This document shows, piece by piece, positions 9,578-18,416 of a stretch of 64,000 nt of DNA; position 1 is the stretch's first letter; each line of letters begins with the position of its first letter. The position numbers and the translations under genes are program-made. Source of the DNA: Candidatus Latescibacterota bacterium (lineage in GTDB: Bacteria > Latescibacterota > UBA2968 > UBA8231); assembly GCA_965219385.1 (NCBI GenBank), contig CBDCNM010000002.1, positions 3,668,305 through 3,732,304 on the forward strand. The letters run 5' to 3'. The notes below the pieces were generated by a model. It was given only the letters and a program-made list of their open reading frames with translations, was not told where the DNA came from and made no database searches.

Positions 9578-10719
9578 CTGATCTCTATGCCGTGCGCTAT
9601 GCAGTGCTCAAATTGATCGTACTCATATCTGTAGGAACGTACCGATCCCTGTTCGTCTCTCTGCAATGTGTAGCAGTTTGTCGTCTGCTGATTTTCAGAG
9701 AATTGGCCCTGACTCAGCACGTGCTGCAGACCTTTCAGGACTTCGAGCCTGTGCGTGGTGGCAAAAACCTGCACACGCCGCTCGCTGGATAACCTGAGGA
9801 GTGCCTTCAGCAGCGGCGGAATAGCTTGGTAGTGAAGGCCGTTTTCGAGTTCATCGATCAGGACAATCCGCTCGTTCCCCAAAATGCACAGTGAGAGAAT
9901 CGTTGCGGCCCGGATCATGCCGCTACCAAACATGTTCAGCGGCATCATTTTTTCCAATCCGATATCCAGGTAAGCTACGTTTCCATTTACTGTAATATCC
10001 TCAACGCGAGGATTGATGACTTGCAGGTACTTGAGAAGCTCACCGGTCTTCTTGTTGACGATTACATCGGCAATGACGCCGCTCTCGTATCCAAAGCTCG
10101 CGGCAAGGAATCTGGCGGAGATAATCTCATTAGAGACGGTATCCGGAATCTTGGTCAGTTCGAGATTGCCCTCGCGCACAACCAGCTTACCGGAAAAAGG
10201 TATCGGGGCTTCTTGCGAGGACGGTTTTACTGTCGCATTGTACTGCAAGAAACGTGGGCCGGAAGGAACCGACGAAGAGGATTGAACCCCCGCTTGCTCA
10301 TCGCTTTGAATTTTCATGGCACCACCGTTGGCACTACTTCCGACGCGCTGCCTTTCTGTTTCAATGGCTGCTTTCGCGTACGGGGCCGAGATCGTCAAGG
10401 TTCGCTCCGTAGAATCGCAGGAATGAGCCACCAACGTTACCTGCTTGTCGACCTCAAGCTTATGAAAGAGGGCAGACAGGTGATCGAACTCGTGAACAAG
10501 ATAGTTTCGCCAGGTCTGTAATCTTATGGGTAATTCTAGATTGGCAAAACCTGACAATAGGAAGATCGCTTCCAGAATGGAAGTCTTGCCCACATCGTTA
10601 GCGCCTAGCAGGATGTTGAAAGCCCCCAAGCCATCGAGATCGAGGCTCGACAGTCCACGAAAGCCGCGAATTCTGAGCTTGTCTAAGTGTTGCGTATCTT
10701 TCATCGGCTCATCCCCCAT
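9574..10719 (-). CDS. AAA_15/AAA_21-type ABC ATPase
   Basis: GFRG, Walker A GANDVGKTS, signature FGSGM, Walker B LIDELENGLH, H-loop ATTH. Confidence 0.9.
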   Translation of the reverse strand: MGDEPMKDTQHLDKLRIRGFRGLSSLDLDGLGAFNILLGANDVGKTSILEAIFLLSGFANLELPIRLQTWRNYLVHEFDHLSALFHKLEVDKQVTLVAHSCDSTERTLTISAPYAKAAIETERQRVGSSANGGAMKIQSDEQAGVQSSSSVPSGPRFLQYNATVKPSSQEAPIPFSGKLVVREGNLELTKIPDTVSNEIISARFLAASFGYESGVIADVIVNKKTGELLKYLQVINPRVEDITVNGNVAYLDIGLEKMMPLNMFGSGMIRAATILSLCILGNERIVLIDELENGLHYQAIPPLLKALLRLSSERRVQVFATTHRLEVLKGLQHVLSQGQFSENQQTTNCYTLQRDEQGSVRSYRYEYDQFEHCIAHGIEIR

Positions 10720-10960
10720 TCTGTTACTGGACGGTTGTCGAGGAGCCTTCCTCCACTACCGCCGCGTCCGCCCACGCCACCGTGCTGGTCGCCCCGGTGT
10801 GGCCGAAGCCGTGGCGACTCGTCCTCCGTCACGCCCGCCAGCTACAATTCAATCATGAAATCGGGACCGGATAGGCAAAGGGTGCGGGCGCCTCTTCGCC
10901 CCGGTGCCGGCGAATGGCAAATTCTAGGCTTTGGTGCAAATTGGCCAGGGCCTCGAAAAA

Positions 10961-11123
10961 ACGTATAGGTAAAATAAAGCCCCTTTTTGGACGTATAGGT
11001 AAAATAAAGACACGTATAGGTAAAATAAAGCCCCTTTGGGGGTCCTCTGTCAAGGCGCTGAACACACGCAAGGGGCAGGGTAAGCTCTCTGATGGTCGTT
11101 TGCAGGTCCTTCGACAGGGCTCG
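10961..11123 (-). repeat. Three copies of ACGTATAGGTAAAATAAAG (oriIS-like), followed by about 70 bp homologous to 7822-7893
   Basis: Exact 19-mers at 10961, 10991 and 11012; TCAAGGCGCTGAACACACG and TCGTTTGCAGGTCCTTCG.CAGGGCTC shared with the 7790-7893 end. Confidence 0.9.
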
Positions 11124-11196
11124 CCTTTCTTGGTTGAGAAGATCCGCAGACTTTGTGAGCTTGTTCCCGGGACAGCACACTAGCCACGTTTCAGTT

Positions 11197-11225
11197 TTGC
11201 AAAACGTGGGTTCGAGTTGTATAAT
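11197..11225 (+). promoter_or_regulatory. Sigma70-type promoter for the M20 gene
   Basis: TTGCAA-17 bp-TATAAT. Confidence 0.6.
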
Positions 11226-11276
11226 AAACCCGCGAGTTCTTGATTCTTTAACCCAAATATCAGAGAGGTACAGCAG

Positions 11277-12443
11277 ATGACTCAGGCGTGGACGAAAAGC
11301 GAGAACCAGATTCTGGCGACCTTGCAGGACGTGGTCGCCATCGACAGTGTGAATCCTTCCCTGCCCGGCGGCCAACAGGGCGAGAGCGGCATGGTGGAGT
11401 ACCTGACGGCTTTCTTTGGCGCCCTGGATATTCCCTGTGAGCTGCACGAGGCATTGCCTGGACGCCACAACGTTATCGCTACCTTCGAGGGGGAAAACAC
11501 CGAAAAGGTGTTGCTCTTCGAGTGCCACATGGACACGGCCTCGGCCCAGGTCATGACCATGCCCCCCTTCGAACCCCACATCCGCGACGGACTGCTCTAC
11601 GGCCGGGGGGCGTGTGATACCAAGGCGGGTGGGGTGGCCATGATCCACGCCATGAAGCAGCTTAAAGAGGCCGGGATCAAGCCGCCCCATACCCTAAAAT
11701 ACGCCGGCGCCGTGGACGAGGAATACTTCTTCGGCGGGTCCCGCCACCTAGCGGCGAATCTGAAGGTCGACGCGGCGGTCATTGCCGAACCCACCGACCT
11801 GGAGGTGATCCGCGCCCACAAAGGGGTGGTGCGGTTCCACCTGGCGGTGCAGGGCAGGGCGGCCCACAGCTCCAAGCCCAACCTGGGGGTGAACGCGATT
11901 GCCAAGATGGCGCGACTCATCACCCGCATCGAGGATGAACTCGGGCCAGTCTACGGGCGGAAAAGCCATCCCCTGCTCGGCAGTCCCACCTTCAGCATCG
12001 GGGTGATCGAAGGCGGCCTGCAGGTCAATTTCGTCCCGGACCAGTGTCGCATCGCGGTGGACTGCCGCACCGTTCCCGGCGATACCACCAAAGGCATTCT
12101 CGCGGGCTTCAAAGGGGTTGTCGAGCGGGCCAGGACCGAAGACGGCGAACTGGACGCAGTGGTCGAGGAGGCCTTTTTCGCGTGCGCGCCGCTGGGCACC
12201 GAAGAAGACGCGGATATTGTACAGGTGGCCTCCGAGGCTTGTAGCGCGGTGCTGGGAGAAGCCAAGGTGGCCGGGGTACCCTACGCTACGGACGGCAGTC
12301 CTTTCTCGGAGATCGGGGTGCCCGCCGTGGTTTTGGGGCCGGGCAGCATCGATCAGGCTCACGGAGCGGTGGAGTGGGTCGAGTGCGAGCAGGTGCTCAG
12401 AGCCGTGGAGATTTACCGGCAGATCATGGAGAGTGGGGTTTAG
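11277..12443 (+). CDS. M20 metallopeptidase, ArgE/DapE family deacylase
   Basis: HMDT, GRGACDTK, DEE, AEPT, GRAAHSS, QAH. Confidence 0.92.
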   Translation: MTQAWTKSENQILATLQDVVAIDSVNPSLPGGQQGESGMVEYLTAFFGALDIPCELHEALPGRHNVIATFEGENTEKVLLFECHMDTASAQVMTMPPFEPHIRDGLLYGRGACDTKAGGVAMIHAMKQLKEAGIKPPHTLKYAGAVDEEYFFGGSRHLAANLKVDAAVIAEPTDLEVIRAHKGVVRFHLAVQGRAAHSSKPNLGVNAIAKMARLITRIEDELGPVYGRKSHPLLGSPTFSIGVIEGGLQVNFVPDQCRIAVDCRTVPGDTTKGILAGFKGVVERARTEDGELDAVVEEAFFACAPLGTEEDADIVQVASEACSAVLGEAKVAGVPYATDGSPFSEIGVPAVVLGPGSIDQAHGAVEWVECEQVLRAVEIYRQIMESGV

Positions 12444-12448
12444 CTCGG

Positions 12449-13564
12449 TCAGGCGGACGCCTCTGGCACCACCCTCTTGCGGCGCACCGTCTGCTTTTCG
12501 AGCAACTCGGGTTCGGGTTCGGGGCGGTTCCCGGTGAAAGGTTCAAAGGTATTGCGCTGGGTGAGTTCGACGTGGGGTGTGGCCAGGTCGCGCTCGTAGA
12601 AGCGGGATGAGGGAAACAAATCGCCCGGGTAGGTGAAGTTGTCCAGGGTCGCCAGCTCGATGCAGACGGAGGCCCCTACCGCGCTTTCGAGCATACCGCC
12701 GATCCACGCGGGGATGCCCGCATCCCGGGCCATATCGTGGACCTTGAGGGCGTTGGACAGGCCCCCGATTCTCCCTGGTTTGATGTTGATGTAGTGGCAG
12801 GCGCCGGCGCGGATGGCCTGCTCGGCGGCCCTGGGGTCGACGATGGTCTCGTCCAGGCAGATCGGGGTCTGGATCTGGCGGGCCAGCTCGGCGTGGTCCA
12901 GGATATCGTTGTAGTGCAGGGGCTGCTCGATGAAGGCCAGGCCCATATCGTCGATGGCTTTGAAGAAGGGCAGGTCGTCCAGGGTATAGCCGGAGTTGCA
13001 GTCGATGTGGAAGGTGGTGTCCGGAAAGGTAGGGCGCACCGCCTGCAGCATGTCCAGGTCCCAGCCCGGGGCCGCCTTGAGTTTGATGCGCGGGAAGCCG
13101 GCGTCCACGGCCTTCTGGATATTGCCGAGCAGCATGTCGAAGGAGTCCTGGATGCCGAAGTCGGCGCCGGCTGCCACCTCGCGGGTCTGGCCGCCCAGGA
13201 GGCGGTGCAGCGGAGTCCGGGTGATGGCGCTTTCGAGGGTCCACCAGCAGATCTCGAGGGCGGCCTTGGCGAAGCTGTTGCCCTTGAAGATGGCGAGGCG
13301 CTGGTTGAGGTCGTCGGCGGTGTCGTAGTCGCGGCCGACCACCTGGGGGCCGAAGACTTCGGTGACGTGGTAGTAGACGGAACCGGCGCTTTCGTTGAGG
13401 TAGCACGGCGCGAAAAAGGGGGTGCTCTCGGCCCAGGCCTGGTGGTCGCCGCTGGTGGCTTTTACCAGGACGGAGTGGATGTCGAAGTCGGCGCCGTAGG
13501 CGGTGCGCCAGGGGTAGATCAGGGGCATGGCCACGTAGTAGACGTCGAACTGGTCGATGCGCAT
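12449..13564 (-). CDS. menC: o-Succinylbenzoate synthase / N-succinylamino acid racemase (enolase superfamily)
   Basis: KLK, DCN, EQP, LDE, NIKPGRIGG, GGMLES; no other men genes nearby. Confidence 0.85.
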   Translation of the reverse strand: MRIDQFDVYYVAMPLIYPWRTAYGADFDIHSVLVKATSGDHQAWAESTPFFAPCYLNESAGSVYYHVTEVFGPQVVGRDYDTADDLNQRLAIFKGNSFAKAALEICWWTLESAITRTPLHRLLGGQTREVAAGADFGIQDSFDMLLGNIQKAVDAGFPRIKLKAAPGWDLDMLQAVRPTFPDTTFHIDCNSGYTLDDLPFFKAIDDMGLAFIEQPLHYNDILDHAELARQIQTPICLDETIVDPRAAEQAIRAGACHYINIKPGRIGGLSNALKVHDMARDAGIPAWIGGMLESAVGASVCIELATLDNFTYPGDLFPSSRFYERDLATPHVELTQRNTFEPFTGNRPEPEPELLEKQTVRRKRVVPEASA

Positions 13565-13576
13565 GGGACTTTCCTT

Positions 13577-15100
13577 TCAGTTTTCCAGGTCCTGCAGTAC
13601 GGTACGGGCGGCATTGTGGCCCGGGGCGCCGGTGACTTCGCCGCCGGGGTGGGTGCCGGCGCCGCACAGGTAGAGCCCGGCGATGGAGGTGCGGTAGCCG
13701 GGGCGCTGGGCCAGCATCTGGGCGGGGACGATGTCCAGGTGGCGTATGTTGCCGTCGGTCAGGTAGATCCGTTGCTCCAGATCCGCGGGGGTGAACAGGT
13801 TCCAGTGGATGAGGGCGTCGCGGAAATTGGGGGCATAGTGGGTGAGGGTGTCGATCAAGTGCTCGCCGACCTCCCGGCGTTTCTGGTCCCAGGTGCCCTG
13901 CTGCAGCCGGACCGGGGCGTAGAGCGACCACACCGAGAGGATGTGCCGGCCCGGCGGAGCCAGGCCCGAGTCGTGGACCGTGGGGATCTGGATGGTCATG
14001 ACGGGACAGCTCGAGGGACGGCCGTTGCGGGCGTCGTCCCAGCTTTGCTCGAAGTATTCTATGGAGGGACACAGCCTTATTTGCGCCAGGAGTCCAGGAT
14101 CGAAGTCGGCGCCCAAGTAGGAGGAGAAATCGGGCAGCTCGCGCAGGGCGCAGTGGAACTTGAGATAGGAAGCAGCGGTCTTGAGGCGCTGGACACTCGC
14201 GGTGGATTCGGGGGCGAGGGCGTCCTGGTCCAGCAGTTTCAGGAAGGTGCGCTTGGGGTCGGCGTTGGAGAGCAGGATATCGGCCCGGATCTCTTCGCCG
14301 CTGGACAGGATTACGCCGGTGGCCCGGTTGTCGTGCACGGTGATGCGTTCGACCTCGGCATGGGTGCGGATTTCCACCCCTTCAGCGCGGGCGGCGCGCG
14401 CCAGGGACTGGGTGATATTGCCCATGCCGCCCCGGGGGATGCCCAGGTTGTGGTGGTTGGTAAACTGGTTGCAGCGGATGTAGGCCACGGCCATGATGCT
14501 GCCGGGGGCGGATACATCCCCGGCGTCCTGGGCGTCGATGAAGGCCCCCTGGACTACCTCGGAGTCGAAGTACTCGCGCACCAGGTCCTCCATGCTGCCG
14601 GTGAGCATGCGCTCGAACACGGCCGCCTCGGCGCCCTTGAGGTCGGCGGCGATCTGGGTGAGGGTGGGCGGATCCTCGAGGAAGTAGCGGTGCAGGATGC
14701 CCGCGGCACAGCGCCAGAATTCGGCCCACTCGCGGAAGCGGCGGGCGTCGGCAGGGGCTATTCGCTGGATCTCGCGCGCGGTTTGCTCGTCGTCGTGCCA
14801 GCTGAAGATGTATTGGCCGCCAGGGTGGGGATGGAAGCGGAAGGGGTCCAGGGGAAAGACCTCGAAACCGTGCTGTTGCAGGGCCAGATCCTCGACCACC
14901 TTGTCCTGGAGGAGGTGGCATACGTACGAGCAGGCGGATAGGTGGAAACCAGGGAAGAGTTCCTCGGTGACGCAGGCGCCGCCGACCAGGGCGCGGCGCT
15001 CCAGGACCAGGATTTTGAGACCGGCGCGGGACAGGTAGTTGGCCGCCACTAGGCCGTTGTGGCCGCCGCCGATGACAATGGCCGAGCAGGGTTCAGGCAT
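13577..15100 (-). CDS. Phytoene desaturase-like FAD-dependent oxidoreductase
   Basis: GGGHNGL, GGACVTEE, GAGTHPGGEVTGAPGHNAA. Confidence 0.9.
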   Translation of the reverse strand: MPEPCSAIVIGGGHNGLVAANYLSRAGLKILVLERRALVGGACVTEELFPGFHLSACSYVCHLLQDKVVEDLALQQHGFEVFPLDPFRFHPHPGGQYIFSWHDDEQTAREIQRIAPADARRFREWAEFWRCAAGILHRYFLEDPPTLTQIAADLKGAEAAVFERMLTGSMEDLVREYFDSEVVQGAFIDAQDAGDVSAPGSIMAVAYIRCNQFTNHHNLGIPRGGMGNITQSLARAARAEGVEIRTHAEVERITVHDNRATGVILSSGEEIRADILLSNADPKRTFLKLLDQDALAPESTASVQRLKTAASYLKFHCALRELPDFSSYLGADFDPGLLAQIRLCPSIEYFEQSWDDARNGRPSSCPVMTIQIPTVHDSGLAPPGRHILSVWSLYAPVRLQQGTWDQKRREVGEHLIDTLTHYAPNFRDALIHWNLFTPADLEQRIYLTDGNIRHLDIVPAQMLAQRPGYRTSIAGLYLCGAGTHPGGEVTGAPGHNAARTVLQDLEN

Positions 15101-15163
15101 GGGCTGTCTTTCTGTTGTGATCCACCCCCACCGCTTCGGAGATATGGTCGAAACCATCGCGTT

Positions 15164-16237
15164 TCACGATTCCTCGAACAGGGATGGGTCGTGGTCTTTC
15201 AGGGGGGAGCGGGGCACCACCCCTTTGTTGACGATGTTCTCCGGCGTTGGCCAGTGGCCGCTGAGGACCGCCACCAGGTTCTCGACCCCGGTCCGGGAGA
15301 CATCTTCTACAGCCTGGACCGAATGCGCCGAAACGTGCGGGGTGAGGATCACATTGTCGAGTTCCACGAGGGGGTGGGACGGCGGTTTCACTTCTTCGGT
15401 GAAGACGTCGATCCCTTCGTAGGTGTCCAGCCCGGCCCCGGCCAGGTGGCCCTGGCGCAGCAGGCGCACCAGGGCGGCCTCGTCGACCAGGGCGCCGCGC
15501 GAGGTGTTGATCAGGTAGGCGCCGGGTTTCATCTTGCGCAGGGTGGCCTCGTCGAAGAGGTGGTAGGTGGCCTCGTTGAGCGGCAGCTGCAGGGAGACGT
15601 AGTCGGATTGTTCCAGCAGGGTATCCAGGTCCACCATTTCGACCCCGAGGGCGTCTGCGGCCAGGGTCGGGGCCTTCGTGTTTCTACGCGTGGCCAGGAC
15701 CCGCAGCCCGAAGGCTTTGGCCCGTTGGGCCACCCGCTCTCCGGTGGCGCCGAAGCCGACGATGCCGAGGGTGCGGCAGGAGAGGCGCTGGATGCCCATG
15801 GATCCTTTGCGGGCCTGGGAAAAGTCGCCGGCGTACATGAATTGCTCCATCCGCGGCAGCTGGCGGGCCAGGGCCAGCAGCAGGGCCATGATGTGATCGC
15901 TCATCTCCGCGACGCAGAAGAACGGAGCATTGGAGACGACAATGCCTCGCCGGGCGGCGGCGGCTACGTCGATCTTGTCGGTGCCGTTGCCCAGCCGCGA
16001 AATCAGCCGGCAGCACTCGAGGGCTTCGATGACCGGCCGGGGCAGGGCCGCGGCCACGACCAAGAGCGCGTCGCAGTCGGCCACATGCGAGATGATCTCT
16101 TCCGGGGTCGCGGCCTCCACCCGCAAAGGATCCAGGCCGTAGCGCCGGTAATAGGCCTCCTCGACAGGGTGGACCGGGAACATGGTGGCGTTGAGGCGCA
16201 CGACGCGGCGGTTTTTCAGGTGGTCCCACTTGCTCAA
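15164..16237 (-). CDS. D-2-hydroxyacid dehydrogenase (CtBP-like)
   Basis: GIVGFGATG, INTSRG, GLD, TPHVS. Confidence 0.92.
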   Translation of the reverse strand: MSKWDHLKNRRVVRLNATMFPVHPVEEAYYRRYGLDPLRVEAATPEEIISHVADCDALLVVAAALPRPVIEALECCRLISRLGNGTDKIDVAAAARRGIVVSNAPFFCVAEMSDHIMALLLALARQLPRMEQFMYAGDFSQARKGSMGIQRLSCRTLGIVGFGATGERVAQRAKAFGLRVLATRRNTKAPTLAADALGVEMVDLDTLLEQSDYVSLQLPLNEATYHLFDEATLRKMKPGAYLINTSRGALVDEAALVRLLRQGHLAGAGLDTYEGIDVFTEEVKPPSHPLVELDNVILTPHVSAHSVQAVEDVSRTGVENLVAVLSGHWPTPENIVNKGVVPRSPLKDHDPSLFEES

Positions 16238-16253
16238 AACGGCACCTTGGTAT

Positions 16254-17147
16254 TCAGTCCAGGTTTACGGCCGGCAACTCAAGTGCGGCCAGGGCCTGGC
16301 GCAGGTGCTGGTGTTCCGCGGCTGTCAGGGGCGTGGCAGGGGCGCGCGGGTCGCCGCAATCGACGCCTATGCGGGCGCCCACCAAGGCTTTGATGCTGGC
16401 GAAGTAGTTGAACTCTACGGCCGCGTTCCAGGCCTGTTGGGCGCGGCGCTGGGCCGCTTCGGCGCGTTCGAGGTCGCCGGCCTGGTAGGCGTTCCAGATC
16501 TCGACCCACAACTCGGGCGCGTAGTTGGGAGGGCCGTCGACGCAGCCGCAACCGCCCATGGTCAGGGCTGGAAGCATGAGGAGGGCACTGCCGGTGAAGC
16601 AGCTGAGGCCCATTTCGGCGAATATCCGCAGATTGTTGAAGTTTGGGGCGGAATGTTTGAGGCCCTGCAACTGGGGGACCTTGTCCTGGATCTTCCGCAT
16701 CAGCTCGGGGGTGATCTCGGTCCCGGTGCAGTTGGGCAGGTTGTAAGCGAAGAGCGGCAAGTCCGCTGCCGCGCCCACCACCCGGTAGTGCTCGACGATT
16801 TCCTCGTCGCCGCGGGGGTAGAAAAAAGGCGGCACGCAACAGATGGACTCGATGCCGACGCGGGCGGCGTGTTCGGCCAGGCGGGCGGCGCGCGCGGTGG
16901 TCGGGGCGCCCACGTGCATGATGTTGACGGCCCTACCCTGCACCTGGTCGGCGGCGATTTCGGCGATCCGGTTGTTCTCCTGGTCGTCCAGCAGGATGCT
17001 CTCCCCGGTGCCGCCGGCCAACCAGAAGCCGTGGACCCCGGCCCGGACATTGAATTCCAGGACTTGGCGAAACGCCTCTTCGTGGAATGCGCCCTCCGGC
17101 GTCATGGGAGTGATGGTGGCGGGAAATATGCCGTGAAATTTGCTCAT
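16254..17147 (-). CDS. DHDPS/N-acetylneuraminate lyase family aldolase
   Basis: GGTGE, PPFFY, YNLP, GLKHS. Confidence 0.92.
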   Translation of the reverse strand: MSKFHGIFPATITPMTPEGAFHEEAFRQVLEFNVRAGVHGFWLAGGTGESILLDDQENNRIAEIAADQVQGRAVNIMHVGAPTTARAARLAEHAARVGIESICCVPPFFYPRGDEEIVEHYRVVGAAADLPLFAYNLPNCTGTEITPELMRKIQDKVPQLQGLKHSAPNFNNLRIFAEMGLSCFTGSALLMLPALTMGGCGCVDGPPNYAPELWVEIWNAYQAGDLERAEAAQRRAQQAWNAAVEFNYFASIKALVGARIGVDCGDPRAPATPLTAAEHQHLRQALAALELPAVNLD

Positions 17148-17363
17148 GCTCTTTCTTCCTTTCTAAGAAGATTTCTAAGGGCCTCCCAGACCCTGGCCAA
17201 TAAACTGCGGCAAAAGACCAAAGGAGGCAATCTCGGCATTGCCTTCGGGCTATATATTATCGTGGTATACCAACCGGATCAAGTTTGTGAAAGCGAAGTC
17301 AGGGTTTTTTCTATATCTTTGTTTAAAAGATCATATCCATCACAGAGATTTGGAGATCCCGAG

Positions 17364-18413
17364 ATGATCATCAAGACCGAAGAAGAGTTGTACCGGCAGG
17401 TCGAAAAGATCCTGATGGCCGCCGGCACCGACGAGCCCAATGCCAGGGGGGTGGCCCAGCACCTGGTCCGGTCCAATCTGAGCGGGGTAGACACCCACGG
17501 CATCTGGCAACTGCCCGGCTATATAGCGACCATAAAGGCCGGTCAGCTCCTGCCCACAGCCCGTCCCGAGATTCTCACAGAGGCCCCCAACCACGCCCTG
17601 ATCACGGGCAACTGGGGCTTTGGCCACATCGCCGCCCGCTACGCCATGGAGGTGGCCATAGAAAAGGCCAGGGAGCACAGCATGGCGGTGACGGGCCTGG
17701 TACAGACAGGCCATATCGGCCGCCTGGGCCACTATGTGGAACTGGCCGTTGAGGCCGGCATGATCGCCGTGGTCGCGGATGGGGGGCTGTCCGAGACCCA
17801 ACCGGTGGCCGTGCCTTACGGGGGACGCAAGGCCGTGCTGAATACCAATCCGATCAGCATGGGGTTCCCGGCGGGCGCGGGGTGGCCGATGATGTTCGAC
17901 TTTGCCACCACCACACTGTCCGGGAGCAAGGTCGGCATGGCCCGGGACCGGGGCGCGCCGGTGGCCCCGGACAGTGTGGTGGACAAAGAGGGCCGTCCCA
18001 GTCTCGATCCACAGGCTTTCTTCAGTGGCGGCGGCGGCCTGGTGCCTTTCGGGGCGCACAAAGGGTATGCCCTGATGATGGCGGTGGAGTACTTCGGGCG
18101 CATGCTCACGGGCAGCGATACCTATGCCGAAGCGGGCCGCGGCGGCGAAATCATGGGGCATCAAGGGGTGAGCATGATCGTTATCAAAGCCGACCTTTTC
18201 CGTCCTTTCGCCGATTTTGTCCAGGCCGCGGAGGAGATGCAGAACCGGGTCAGAGCGGTGCCTGCGGCCGAGGGTTTCGAACAGGTTCTGGCGCCGGGCG
18301 ACATGGAGGCGAGGAACCGGGCGGAGCGCCGGCAAAACGGCATTCCGGTGGCGGAGGATATCTGGCATTCCATCACTGAACTGGCCGCGTCCCTGGGCCT
18401 GGAGGAGAGCTGA
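17364..18413 (+). CDS. Ldh_2 family (malate/lactate/ureidoglycolate) oxidoreductase
   Basis: GVDTHG, GHIGRLG, TNPI, DFATT, HKGYAL. Confidence 0.92.
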   Translation: MIIKTEEELYRQVEKILMAAGTDEPNARGVAQHLVRSNLSGVDTHGIWQLPGYIATIKAGQLLPTARPEILTEAPNHALITGNWGFGHIAARYAMEVAIEKAREHSMAVTGLVQTGHIGRLGHYVELAVEAGMIAVVADGGLSETQPVAVPYGGRKAVLNTNPISMGFPAGAGWPMMFDFATTTLSGSKVGMARDRGAPVAPDSVVDKEGRPSLDPQAFFSGGGGLVPFGAHKGYALMMAVEYFGRMLTGSDTYAEAGRGGEIMGHQGVSMIVIKADLFRPFADFVQAAEEMQNRVRAVPAAEGFEQVLAPGDMEARNRAERRQNGIPVAEDIWHSITELAASLGLEES

Positions 18414-18416
18414 GGA

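Noticed and set aside
10961..11030. Three identical 19-mers as a mini CRISPR array or plasmid iterons
   Set aside because: Spacers are only 11 and 2 bp, there are no cas or rep genes, and an ISCR oriIS end explains them better
13577..15100. Carotenoid biosynthesis gene (crtI)
   Set aside because: No crtB or crtE nearby; the context is catabolic and the family is broad
16182..18413. 743-aa ORF as one protein
   Set aside because: The 5' part is the antisense shadow of the DHDPS gene; the Ldh_2 domain starts at 17364
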